Shown piece after piece: positions 1-12,671 of a DNA stretch of 64,000 nt. Under the pieces are notes generated by a model, which was not told the origin of the DNA, searched no databases, and saw only the letters and a program-made list of their open reading frames with translations. The position numbers and the translations under genes are program-made. Location of the stretch: positions 209,250,001 through 209,314,000 of the forward strand of contig OZ024742.1 in assembly GCA_964016885.1 (NCBI GenBank), in the 5' to 3' direction. The stretch's first letter is position 1; every line of letters begins with the position of its first letter. This DNA comes from Eledone cirrhosa. Its lineage: Eukaryota.

Positions 1-502
1 TGATAACCTAGTCGAGAGCTTACTTTAGAGGCTGTGAATAGATTCCTTTCTTCACACATTTGAATTTGCCCGCCAAAGCCCGGATGTGAATCTTCCTCTT
101 TTCTTGAGAAATAACGACGTGACCCTGCTGCCAACACTACGTCTACAGTGGAGTTACTATGCCGCGCTGGTGGATAATGGAACGAAACGTCTGTAGAGAA
201 AGGGTATCCTCGTTCCATCTTAGGATACGTTGCTGGCTTGCATATTACGCAACTTGGAGTGTAGCTTGCGAATTCCCAGAAACCAATCAAAGATATTTAT
301 ATATCTATCGATCAGTTCCAGATTCCACATTAACCTGTATGTATTTCCGTTGTTGTAGTGGCTTTTGTCGCAACATGTCTCCGGTCGGAATTTTCACTGT
401 GTCATATCCCAAACATATTTTTATTACTCTGATCTATAATTTATCGGTTGATTTATATCACCGCATTGATTTCTTTGTACCAGTCTCAGAAGATTGATTT
501 CG

Positions 503-506
<4 letters not shown>

Positions 507-596
<90 letters not shown>
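507..596. repeat. (TA)n microsatellite at the 3' end of a PLE
   Basis: Pure TA run directly visible. Confidence 0.98.
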
Positions 597-598
<2 letters not shown>

Positions 599-638
599 AA
601 CATAGAAAACAATCAAATTTTTGTTTAATGCATTTAAT

Positions 639-685
639 TGCTGGCGATCGTTTCTTCCAGACAAATGTCTGGATTCATCGGAGCA
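639..685 (-). ncRNA. Variant/degenerate type I hammerhead motif in PLE 3' end
   Basis: Minus strand: tgct CCGATGA a tccagac attt gtctgga a GAAA CGATCG CC agca; stems I and II and palindromic stem III intact, but core has U4C and U16.1C. Confidence 0.6.
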
Positions 686-1336
686 TATACAATGCTAAAA
701 CAAATAAATTCCTAATCCTTAAAACATTCATTAAGATACATTATATTCGAGAAGACTAATTATAATTATTAGTATCTGTTACAATATATTGAAAGTAAAA
801 TCAAAAGAACATCATAATGAAAAGGTAGTAAAACATCGAGAAGTATTATAAAGTGAAGCTGTTTTGAATCTAAATGATATATGCAAGCAGTATTACTTAT
901 AAATCAATATATCAAGAATATCATACCAGGAATATAAACAATAGCAGAGAACATGCAATAAGGTGACATAATTGAGTAGTGATAGCATACATATAGGTGT
1001 TATATATTATAAGCATTATAAGATGTATTAGTTATAGGCAAAGATATTAATGCAAACGTTTTATGAAGTTTATGTAGAAAACCTTAAGATTGTTATAGTG
1101 TTAACCTATTGATATTGACGGTTACATTTTGAAAAGGTTAATGAATTCAGACAAAGGGAGTTAATTAAATAAGGGAGGTAATTAATAAATGTATTGAGAA
1201 CAATAAAAACAATCATTAAAAAAGCTTTTATATATTACAAATCTATAAACAATATATATATTTATATTATTTATATATTTATTTATTTAACTCTATATAT
1301 TTATAAATTTATAATTTATTTATTTATTTATGAACT

Positions 1337-1515
1337 GGCGGTGGATTGGCAGTATCGGTAGAGGGATGGACGCCACCCTTTGTAGCATAGAGTTGCGCCC
1401 CTTTACGATCTGAGTTCATATCCCGCCCTTCATCCTTACGAGGTCGATAAAGAAAAGGACCAGTAATGCACCGGGATAATTGCTGGCCTTGTGCCAAAAG
1501 TAGAAACAACTATTA
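1337..1515 (+). mobile_element. SINE family A (about 190 bp, central GCCTTTCATCCTTACGGGGTCGATAAA domain), inserted in the PLE
   Basis: Matches many copies in the window (23356, 25560, 30701, 37005, 59478, 60801); central domain resembles the MetaSINE-type conserved domain (from recollection, unverified). Confidence 0.85.
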
Positions 1516-3399
1516 CCAGCTACCTATTGTGTGTCATATTTATTCAGAAATGAAATAATTAAATGGAAGATACTTTAAGAAGGATAACATAGGAAGGTAC
1601 ATAATGGGACTTATATAAAGGTATACAAAAATTAGAAGATTTAGATGATTAAAATTCAAGGTACAAATATTAATGGAAATGTGGTTTAAGATCTGACATT
1701 GTTATAAATTAGCTGCTAGGTTTAAAATAGTGAAAAGCGTGTTGGTGAGTGTGTGGACACGTAGAGAAAATATCTGACCTTCTATTTATTAGGTTTAGGT
1801 AAGAAAGAATACGAGACTCTAAAAGTTTGTTAGTTGGTTTATAAGAGGAGGCTTTAGCAAACATGCTCCATCTAAGGTGTAAGGTTTGTTGATAGTTTTC
1901 AATGAATATATATATGCAGATAATGAAGTAGCGTGTTTTAGTTTAAATGTTTTTTAAAGTATGAAGGTGCGAGTTATATCTCGTCTTAAAGCTATTCGAG
2001 GTGAAATCAATATAAGTTTTTGAAATTGCAGATGTCGTGACTGTGCAGGAGTAAACAATATCCTTAATTACGGTAGGCTTTTTTTCTCTGGGGGAAAATC
2101 TTATTTGGTCTACAGTTACAGTTGGTCTGGTTACTGGTATATTGGTCTAGAGGGTATGTGATTGTATGGTCATTATATTTAGTAATGTGAGTGTTGAGAT
2201 TATGCCAATTATTAGTGCCAATTATTAGTGTGGTAGAGTAAGAGATTTTAATAGTATTTTTGTCAATTAGATTATGGTATTTATTGTTAATAGTGAAGTT
2301 ATTTTCTATAATGGAGAAGAAGGCTTTAGGTATGTTAGTAGAGACATTTAAGTTGAAAGGTAGATTAAAGAATGAATTAATCCTTCTTTTATTCCTTTGA
2401 TTATTTTTATTTTTGTTTTTGTCATTTTTCATATTATTAAGGTTGTTTACTTTATTTTGTTTAGTGCCCTAGCACATAGTGTCATTTTTATTTTTGTTCT
2501 TAACATTTATTTTTTATCCTAGGATGTTTATTATGTGTATTGGGATGGTGCATTTTATTATTTACTATATTGTTACTCTCAATAATAGAGTTCATATCCT
2601 CATTATAATGACGATTTTTTAATTTTATTCATAGCCATATTATGTGAAATAATATTAGGTTGTTTATTGTAATAATTACATTATTTTTAGGTACAAACTT
2701 AATTTTATTTTTATGGCCAGAGTGAGATAAAACTTCATTGTAATAGTGGAAATTACGGTTAAAAAATATTTATTATATGGTAGACTAGTTATTCTATTAG
2801 ATACCGCTTTTATAATCTAGTTTAATACAGATTTGGGGTGGTTAGAGTTGGTATCAACATAAAATAGTTTTTTGTTGGGTTTATAAGGTGAGTCTAAGCA
2901 AAGGTTAACATCGAGTTAACATTTTTAGTTTTTTCATCTAAAGTGATACCTAAGTTGAAGTTTTCGAATAATTTATGTAATTGTTTTCTAGTTCTTTCAA
3001 TATTATATTTTTTATAATCTAAGAGGAATAATGTATCGTCTCGATAAAATCCACCCTTAAGGTAAGGTACAATTTTATGAATTCCATATAACAGGTATAA
3101 ACCAACTAAGTTTGTAGTTTGTGCAGAGTCGCTGAATCCCGAAGTGATTTGGTGTATTTTTGTGTCCATAGTTGAACTTCAAATTTGATTATGGTTTTAC
3201 GGGCCGCAAGGATAACACCCACCTGGGACCTGGTGAGGTGACTATTATTCATAGCCACTATTAATGCCTTATTTAAAAATATAGGAGAAATTGAGGTGTA
3301 GTAAGAATTGATGTCAAATTGAAAACATTTCTCATTTCTATTTTCATTGAACCATTCAATTACTTCTCAAGTGTTTCCCCAAAGATTTAGGTGGATCCT

Positions 3400-4232
3400 A
3401 ACAACATAAATACTAAATTCTCTATAATTTCGTTACCTTAATAATTCTCCGTAAATGTTTTCTATCTTGATGAAACTATTTGAATTTACAAAAAGTTCTT
3501 CTCTAATAAAATTTGAACTACGTCTTTTTCTTAAATATATATTGAAAATGTAAACACAATATCCTTTGTAACCCTCTTAAATTGTATAATAATATTTGAA
3601 TTATTTATCTATTGAAAATAACAACATATATTTATATTTTTATTTATTTATATAAATATTTATATAAATGACCTGTTGTAATATAATAAGCTAAAGTGTA
3701 CTTACAACCTTAATTCTTCATAAAATCTAATTATAAGGATAATTTACATAATATTATAACTCATGATTTGGATATATATTTAAAACTTTTGGATTAGTAT
3801 TCTACCACTTCAATACATTTTTAATTTTTAAATTTACTTACACCCTAATATTAATATTAACCTCTCTTTCTTCTTTCTCCTTTCTTCTTTCTTCTTTCTT
3901 CTTTCTTCTTCCTTTATAAAGTATCCTAATAATTATCTAAATTTCCCTAGCGTCTAAATATAACTATTTTTTCAGTCTACGCTTCTACTTCATTTACATA
4001 TCCATCCTTAAGATTGGAAATTTTCTTTTTTCCTTTCACTATCCAAACGGGCCCTGAACCGATAAATTTTGGTTTCTGGGGTTGTGACATACCCTAGAAA
4101 TCAAACCTTATCGGTTCAGGGTCCGTTTATAAGACAAATTTTGTATTTTATCTGATGAGAGCGTACCAAAGTTTTGGGTACTCTTGAAATATATATAATA
4201 AAGTAAATATAGTTTCCATTTATTAATATCAT
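3400..4232 (+). mobile_element. PLE 3' UTR/pseudo-LTR in inverted orientation to the adjacent PLE
   Basis: Ends in an HHR followed by aaatatagtttccattt.ttaatatc and (TA)n, the same terminus as 19113-19215 and 22364-22466. Confidence 0.65.
4144..4205 (+). ncRNA. Type I hammerhead ribozyme (minimal, palindromic stem III)
   Basis: tattttat CTGATGA gagcgtacc..gggtactctt GAAA tatata TA ataaagta; canonical core, 8-bp stem I. Confidence 0.8.
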
Positions 4233-5174
4233 ATATATATATATCATATATATATATATATATATATACTAGCTGAGGTACCCAGCTTCGCCAAGGTTAA
4301 CAAATGATAGAAGACCGGCAGAAGAGAAAACGTCTGTATTGAATGCATTGTCTTGTTTACAGTGTGTGTGTATTGTGTGTGTGTGTGTGTGTGTTTGTGT
4401 GTTTGTGTATATATATATACATATGTGTGTGAGTGTTCGTATGTGTGTGTGTATATATATAACATGTGTGTGTGTGTGTGTGTGTGTGTGTATGCGTGTG
4501 CCTGTGTGAGTGTGAGTGTGTGTGCATGTGCGTGTGCGTGTGTGTGTATGTGACATAGTCCGCGAAACACTATCATCACTGACAACGAACTTGCAGAGAG
4601 AATCCCTTATGCTTGATTCCCAACCTGCTAGAAATAGCAGTCAGATAGGTTAGCATACGTGGTATGTCTTTCTTCTTCTTTGGTGTTATAAAATTAGTAT
4701 CAATAAACTTTCTTGTATATACTCTTATCCCAATCCTGTACATACTTTCCGATTGTTACGTTTCGTTTTTTTCGTGTGATACGCGAAGGAACCAACCAAC
4801 AAACATCTCTATTTTATTTTTCAGCTAATTCTGTTGTAAATATACATCAGCAATCGATATCTAATGTTTAAAACATAACAATGGCTGCGATACATGCAGC
4901 ATATCAATCAAAAACGATATGAGAATTGAATACCATACTAAAGCGCCAGTAAGCTTGCTAAGAACCTGCAGATAGAAATGTTAATAAATACAACATTTGG
5001 CTTGGGGAAACTTTAAGATGTTCTTTCATTGTAGGTTTTTTTTTCTCAACGAGTACGTTAAAGAAATTTGATAGTTACAACAATAAAGGTTGAACAGAGA
5101 ATACATTTTTTAACAAGCTTTACAATAATTTGTACAACCATAATGGAAATTCCAAGTAACAGAAAATACATAAA

Positions 5175-5345
5175 TTACGTTGTTAGAGCCTCAGAGTATA
5201 CAATATGATTTGTTCGGCCCTTGGGAGCAAAGAGGAAGAGATTGTTTGGCGAGCTCACTCTAGAGCATCCTACATACAATTGACCATGATGAAGGCCAGG
5301 CACCTTTAGGGTTTGACCCTGAACTTTGTTGATGGTAATCGCGAA
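5175..5345 (-). pseudogene. Helitron RepHel PIF1-type helicase C-terminal fragment
   Basis: Manual translation FAITINKVQGQTLKVPGLHHGQLYVGCSRVSSPNNLFLFAPKGRTNHIVYSEAL*, matching PIF1/Helitron motifs V and VI with a small deletion. Confidence 0.85.
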
Positions 5346-5554
5346 GCTAGTCTCTCTGTTGCTCTAGTAATATTTTTTCTTCTGGAAAATCTGATCTTGC
5401 GGCCAGGCTAGGACCTTTTGGGTGGCATATCGGCAGTAACAATGATGATAGGCCATCTGTGCTTTCGTGAAATAAAATACGTTTGTTTATATTTCGTTTT
5501 TGTGTATGCAAAAATATCTGTACACGAATATATAATTATATATATATATATAAA

Positions 5555-5800
5555 AAAATAGCAGATTAAAGTTTAAGCAAATAATCGGTACTTTCACCCT
5601 TTAACGGGATCTTCTGAAACTAAAAAAATCTATCTGTTAACGCAGAAGTAAGTATTTCGAAAAGCTTTGTAACCGAAAGAAAACAGGAAGATGATACTTT
5701 GGTTCGTGAAGACGTTAGGAATGCCGTATAACCGGAAGTGTTGACATTTGAAAGTTTTATAGAAGTGAATATTTAAATAATGTCTTTAATCTTTTAACAA
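5555..5800 (-). mobile_element. Short HHR-bearing PLE-type terminus nested in a TA run of the Helitron (family of 61653-63590)
   Basis: Clear similarity to 61660-61820 (gattaaagtttaagcaaa...aacgcagaa...caggaag..gatactttggttc.tg..gacgtt). Confidence 0.75.
5570..5621 (-). ncRNA. Hammerhead-like motif with CAGAAGA core
   Basis: agttt CAGAAGA tccc gttaaa gggt GAAA gta ccgattatt tgc TT aaact. Confidence 0.6.
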
Positions 5801-5935
5801 AATTCAGTAGACGAAAATACCCTCAATCCTTTACTTAGAAAACGTTACATCTTTGATGCAAATTTGGTGCTGTTTGGTCCAGCCGTTTGGCGGAAAGTTT
5901 GTTACCAGCATATGGCCGTCGGCTTTATAGTATAG

Positions 5936-5973
<38 letters not shown>

Positions 5974-6454
5974 ATGCGTGCGTGCACGTGTGTGTGTATA
6001 TATATGTATGCATACATACATAATACAAGGATCATTTGTTAAGCCTCCATTACGTTTATTGATTGGTGACGCGCGCTTCGCTATTGATCAGCTGAAGGTT
6101 CGATCTGTAACGATCTGACGCGATCATCAGGCCTCAAACTCCAACAGTTCTGAATTCGTCGAAACTAATGGTGGGTGACACCTGATGCCTGTATATTAAT
6201 GTTTGTGACCTGTCCATTCTATTTCCTCCTTCCTATTTTCTCTTCCTTCCTTCAAGCCAAATCACATCTAGCCGCTGATCTCTGTCCTTCGAGGTAATAT
6301 TTTACCCAACACCGTTTTGACGGTATTTTGCTGTTCTAACAGGTTCCATACGCCGAGTTCTCCCATTTTCCTGAGATTCATATACACTCGCGTTTCAAAA
6401 CTCTACTTTCGAGTTAAATTTGTTCATAGATATTTATATACATATAACCTATTG

Positions 6455-6830
6455 TAATGTGGATATTGCAAATTACTACTCCTCTATTATCCCTAGTTTA
6501 CTTAATAAGGCACTTATCTACGCGTCTAAACATACAGACCTATCTAGTGAGGAAATGAATATAATTCTAACAGCACATAAAACACTAATAGAATTTAATA
6601 ATCAACTCTGGACAATAGCCGACAAAAAAAACAATTTTTATATCACTATGGGATCATCTGACTCGGCGCAAGTAACTTTAAAATATTTTTGATGATAAAG
6701 CTGAATATTATAATGAAGCTCTACATAGAGCAGGATACTTGAATAAAATTAAATACATAGATAACAATAACATGACAGATCATCCTAGAATTAATTATAA
6801 TAATAATAAACAATTTAATTTAAACACTAA
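6455..6830 (+). mobile_element. PLE RT fragments (same family as 21486-22247) with internal deletion
   Basis: DIANYYSSI...TMGSSDSAQVT joined to NIFDDKAEYYNEALHRAGYLNKIKYID. Confidence 0.85.
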
Positions 6831-6964
6831 ACCAAACATTACGCGAAATAGAGTTGCAGCCATCATGTATATATGTATGTTTCTGTAAAGAGGATAAATT
6901 TAAATATTTATTTTGAACACATCAAATACAAAACTTCAATAAGAGAGCTCATACAATATGCGTG

Positions 6965-7358
6965 CTCAGATACCATGTTGTTCAGCTTAGAGCTACGGCC
7001 CTTTGCGTTCTGAGTTCAAATCCTGCCGAGGTTAGCTTTGCCTTTCATCCTTGCGAGATCGATAAAATAAAATAACAGTAACCAACTGGGGTCAATTTAA
7101 CCGACTTTCCCCTCCCCCAAAATGTGTTGGCCTTGAGCCTAGATCAAAAATCATTATTTCTCACAGGGCGATGGATTGACAATAACGATAGAAAGTCAGA
7201 GAATATGCTTTGCGGCATATAGTTATGGCTCTTTATTTCTGATTTAAAATCCCGCTTTTCATCCTGGATCGATAAAATAAATTACTCATTGGGGTCGATA
7301 TAAAAGACGTTCTTCCCTTCAAATTGTTGGCCATGTGCCAAACGTAGATACAATTTCT
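6965..7358 (+). mobile_element. Two tandem diverged SINE family A-related copies
   Basis: ctgagttcaaatcctgccgaggttagctttgcctttcatcc...gataaaata...ttggccttg; second copy begins at about 7165. Confidence 0.7.
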
Positions 7359-9199
7359 ATTGCTCACATATCTCATATATATATAGAAATGTATAAACAT
7401 GCAACCAAGAGCTTGCCAATCAGCCTGTAGTGTAGTGGTTCTGAGAACAATGCCGCTTTTCAGATGATCAATACAAATTGACAATGGAAAGGTGCTTCCG
7501 CTCGAGTTAGAAGAGAGCTATTGACTTTCAAGGGAAGCAGCGACCACCCCTGATTATATTCACCAACCGAAACAAATATGAAGTACACCAAATCCAATGC
7601 TCCTAGGGGTGGCCCTGGTTCTTCTTATTTGCGAGTGTAAAGTCGGCCAGAATAGATTATATTTGATGAAGTATTAATGAATGTGTATATGAAACTAGTT
7701 GTTGAAACGGCAAGAGCTCAACCGGCGGGCTCCAACTCTTTCAATTACATATATATAAGTATTCAGATGTACGTTTATACATGTATTCATGTATATATAC
7801 ATATAAATATATATTATATATGTGTATGTGTGCGTGTACATGTGTGTGTATAAAAAAAGCACACACACACACAGATATGTAGGATTTTCTATACTCTCCA
7901 ATCGTTCTTTGTTCTAGTTCACAATCAATATATTTATATTGCAAATTTCTCTTTATGCTGATATATTATAGGGTCGTATATAATTCTGCAGGTGCCGAAT
8001 ACCAAAGAAAACCGCAGATACGAGAACCATCAGAGACTGAAAATAAAGTTTGACATATACAACCATCTTCAGTTCATTGACCTAAGTGTTGATTGGATTG
8101 CACATTTTGAACTGAATATCGCTCTTTATTGAAAAGAGAACTGCCGACTCTCAGTTAATTGTTAAGTTACCGGAATATCGATTTAAAACCATATGTAAAT
8201 GATAAAGAAAATAAAAATATTTTCTCCAATTTAGCAGCATAATTTAGAACGTTTTATTGTTCCTTATTTCTCTTACATTTACGTATTATTTCCAACCCAC
8301 AGATGTAGTTTGTTAGCACCAATCTTGCAATATAAGGAGTTGTTCACAGATGTGTGTTCGTGCTAGGAATTAAAAACAAATTAGCACAATTTTGCCCTGA
8401 ACAGTAATGTCTATTGATCTCTTGCACTTGCCATCGTAAATTCAAACTTTTAAAATAAAATCAATAAGAGGTTTATATCGAAAGTGTTAATTGTTTGAAC
8501 CAGCTGCTGTATATTAGAGATGCATATGAATTTCGTGACTAGCACATTCATGAAACTCCATATGAAATGCAAATTCGAACTCAGCAGATTCTGAACTCAA
8601 AATATACTCAGCAACACAAATGTTTCCAAAATAATACAGAAACGCAATCCTTCCTGTATAATTGATAGTATCGCCCCATATTTGACAATTAATCTTTGAA
8701 AGATGACGTTAAGCTGAGTGTGTATTGGAATTATAACGTAAAGGGGGGTAATCCTGTGTTTTAAATTGATATAGTTGACCAATTAACCTCCTACTTATCA
8801 TTACGGGTACATTTTTTATGAGACACCATGATTACTGCAGACGAGGTTGACGTTAAATTTACATATTATTACCATGTATTATTTTATCATTTTTATTTAT
8901 TTATGTTTTGTAGTAGACAGGAAATTATCATGAAAATAATACTGCAACTGATAAAATTATCTACGTCAGCAGTAAAGGTTTAACTCCTAACCCCAAGTTA
9001 CTCTCATAGCGAGACATTTCATATATGCAATTGGTTACATGGCTGAATTCAATCATTGTCTATTTGTACAAAAAAATCACAATTTTATTGAGAGATTTCA
9101 AAGAATTTAAAATGAAAGGACATACACAAACACACACAGAGAAACAAACGACACACTCACACATGCACACACACGTCGATACACGTCACACACACCAGA

Positions 9200-11641
9200 C
9201 ACGCATATGGATATGTTTACGTGCATTAATTTTGCTACATGTTTCATGTTTTTTTCTGGCCGGTGCTAGAATAATCGTCCCCCACTGCTTTTTACCCGTT
9301 CACATGATGGTGTTTTGCGTTATTATTTTGTAGGTGCTGCTTTACTACTGCCGGTTCGAGCAGAGTCTGGGATGTATATTTGGTTCAACGATGTTTATTT
9401 GCGCCTCCTGCCCTCCGGAGTGTTATGGTTTGGGCAGGGGGACCCAGTTTATAGTTTTCATGCCACAGTCGGTTCCCACCCGAAATACAAATTTATTTGG
9501 TGCCTGCAGTTTATGACCGATTCGGCTCTGCTGTTTATGAGTTCAAGGGGTGTGCTTATGATATAGTAAAGCTCCATGAAGCAAAGCTCGCACTTCCTCT
9601 TGAAATTGTAGGGTGCAACCATGCTGACAATCTCCCAGTGTGTGGGGAAGCTGATGCTGGCGTATTTTAATGTAGTGACGTAATTGACAAGTGACGTGGA
9701 GTGTCTTAATTTTTTGTTCCTAATAGAGTGGAGATGTGTTCGAAATTTAGTTTTGAACAGGCCAGAGGTGGCCCCTATATAGTGTTTAACTCTATTATGG
9801 CTAGTTATGCAGCACCTATAAATAACATTATCAGTCAGGCAGTTTCCCCCGAGAGGGCAGCTTCCTCTGTCACGACAGTTGCATTTTCTGTCACAGTCGC
9901 TCCTAGTTCCTGAAGTAAAGCTATTACTATTGCTACCTATGCTGTTATCTACGCCTGTATCTCGGTCATTGGTGCTGTTATATCTCAAGGTGTGCGGGGT
10001 AGTACCATTGTCCCCTCGCACACCGCAGCCAGTTCCGTTGCCGGTGGGTGACCGGTACAGGTCACCAGCATACTCACCAGTCTCGCCTTGGTTATGTCGG
10101 TTTCGTCTGTTGGGGCTGCCACTAGCACTATTGGGTGTTGCAAGGGAGACGTTAAGTCTATTAGTGTTGCTGTCGGGTCTAGGTGTATCTGTTCTAAGGT
10201 GCCGTGTTTTGGTGATCTTACTGTGATTAGTTGCTCCCATGATTTCCGCTAGATTGGGGGTGGTAGAGAAGGATATTTTATTATTGTTTTTATTAAGTAT
10301 TTTCCTGTATTTATGATTGGGTAGGAAGTTCTTGTCTAAGGCTTCGAAGAATATCCTCGGTAGGCCACACTCCGAGAGTAGGGAGGGTGGAACCATGGGA
10401 CATTACGGTGGCGTTTCCGCTTCTCCGTGGGTTTGCTACGGGGTGTGCTTCCTAGTTGACTATACTTATGGTTGTTACTGTGCTGTACCCGGTTGGAGGG
10501 CGTTGGTAATAGGCCACCGCCATTGCTAATCTTATAGTTAGGGAATAATTCTAGCAGGTTACAGCGGCTACCGTTACCAATCTGATTACCTTTATTGTGC
10601 TGTAGGTTATCATGGCCGCCACTCATGCAATTAACTGTACGGCCAAGTTCCTTAGTGTGATTCTCTATACTATAGTTCTTGACTCTGTCTTGGCCGCTGC
10701 GTACTCAGTTATAGGTACGGCTTACTATAACATTAGTCCTATGATGGGGGTGGTTTCCAGAGCTAGCATTAAGGATATGGGAGATTCTCCTCTTAAATCC
10801 AGGCCTTATTGTAGTATTCGGCCACTTGGTTGAAGATATCCTCGTTGGGATATGCTATATACTATGGAGTTGAGAGTAGACTTAGGGTGGTTAGATGCAT
10901 AGTTTATATAAGACAGGCCATATGACTTGAAGAACCTGTGTATGCGCTTGTTAAGGTTCTCTATCCTGCGGGGCCTATGGTTTCTAACAGTAAATAGGGC
11001 ATCGTCCCTATATACACCTCCTTGTAGGGCCGGTATTTCATCCCCTAAGTCTATGGAGGATGTAAATACCGACCAGGTCGGTAACTTGCGCCGAGTCACC
11101 GGACCCCATCGTATATCGAAGTTATCAGGACGGTTGGTTCTGGTCCAATAGGAGCCTTCGAACTAGATAATAGTTCTACGCACTGCAAGCACTATATCTA
11201 TCTCTTTTTTAGTGAGGGTTGTATTAGACTTAGCTGAGACAAGTGCCCTATTTAAGAGTATGGGGGAGATTGAGGGATTGAGGCGCAGTAACTGTCTATG
11301 TCAAACTGGATGAACTTCAGAGTTGCTTTATCAGGCAACTCAATGAATCAATTAATGACCTGGTCGGTGTTGCTCCAGAGTCAGACCTTGGCTTTGCTAT
11401 TAAGCTCCAGTAGTACTCTATCTAGGATCACTTTAATAATTTTACCTATATCGGATGTCGAGGGTGATATTAATCTAATAGAGGGGTTTCATTAAAGTTA
11501 CATTTGTGATCCTTAAGAGAGAATCTAGATGTCATAGTGACATATGGGTTTGTGTACTTATCTATGTCTAAGCTAGCAACTATATCCTTCCCTACCCTAT
11601 TTATGTCATTTAAAGTATTAATGGGCGTTTTTTTATAATTC
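9200..11641 (-). mobile_element. Degenerate Penelope-like element (RT + GIY-YIG)
   Basis: GGVYRDD (10806-11099), WFHPPYS, KCNCRDRGSCPLGGNCLTDNVIYRC...HYIGATSGLFKTKFRTH (9458-10396); HHR remnant GAAACATGTA at 9236-9245. Confidence 0.92.
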
Positions 11642-11891
<250 letters not shown>

Positions 11892-11967
11892 CGAAGGAAA
11901 TGTGGTAAGGAACCAGGTGGACCATAACGCACCAAAGTACTCAATACTTGGGGTAGTAGAGTGGGTA

Positions 11968-12065
11968 ATAGGAACCAGTAAGACCCCGACGGCTGAGCTC
12001 AAGCCGTTTCGACGGCTAAGTCGAAACGGCTTGAGCTCAGCCGTCGGGGTCTTACTGGTTCCTAT
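11968..12065. repeat. Perfect inverted repeat (46-bp arms, 6-nt loop) built from the 3' half of a hammerhead
   Basis: ataggaacc...tttcgac GGCTAA gtcgaaa...ggttcctat; each arm reads GAAA CGGC ttgagctca GCCG TC. Confidence 0.9.
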
Positions 12066-12072
12066 ATATATA

Positions 12073-12480
12073 TACGGAAAAAATGAAACGAAATTTCATT
12101 TCCGTTTATCGTTTTCGGTGCACCCGGCCGATTGACCCACTCGATATGCAAATTGGGCTACTCAGCCGTTAATATGCATAAGGAAAGTATATACTTTCGG
12201 GCGGTCAACTATCTGGCAGGAAGGTATACGTTGCTGACGATAGCTAACAAGCTTGAAACTAGTACAGCATTCCTTTGTCAGTGTTGAACAAACGAGCAAC
12301 GCTGGTTGCTAGAGACTGCGGCTTAATACGGGATGTTTGTTTACAAACACACTGAGCCTTATAATAAATGTTTGGTGAATTCATACGTACATATATATAT
12401 GTGTGCATGTATGTATATATATATACATACTACTGTACGTCTGTATACATATATGTATGTACGTATACATACTTATATAT
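12073..12480 (+). mobile_element. Non-coding HHR-bearing element ending in (TA)n; 3' part shared with 43270-43540
   Basis: Shared HHR and tail (tactactgtacgtctgtatacatatatgtatgtacgtatacatac). Confidence 0.75.
12230..12268 (+). ncRNA. Minimal type I hammerhead ribozyme
   Basis: gttg CTGACGA tagct aaca agctt GAAA CTAG TA cagc; palindromic ACTAGT stem III. Confidence 0.8.
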
Positions 12481-12486
12481 ACATAA

Positions 12487-12586
<100 letters not shown>

Positions 12587-12671
12587 AACTATATCCTTCC
12601 CTACCCTATTTATGTCATTTAAAGTATTAATGTTGTTTTTTTATAATTTACATATATATATATATATATAG

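Larger units (their letters stand above)
597..3400 (-). mobile_element. Degenerate, 5'-truncated Penelope-like element (YRDD-type RT, C-terminal GIY-YIG)
   Basis: ORF 2894-3169 has GGFYRDD; ORF 2064-2432 has FFNLPFNLNVSTNIPKAFF...KISYSTT...NCNCRP, homologous to the 709-aa ORF at 15948-18077; GIY-YIG remnants at about 1750-2060; HHR-like motif near the 3' end. Confidence 0.85.
4269..5936 (-). mobile_element. Internally deleted Helitron
   Basis: Minus strand starts A|TCTATACTATAAA (5936) and ends with hairpin ccttggc-gaa-gctggg then CAGCTAG|T (4269); carries a RepHel helicase C-terminus. Confidence 0.75.

Noticed and set aside
160-200. HHR-like CTGGTGG...GAAACGTC
   Set aside because: Core has two mismatches and stems I and II do not form adjacent to it
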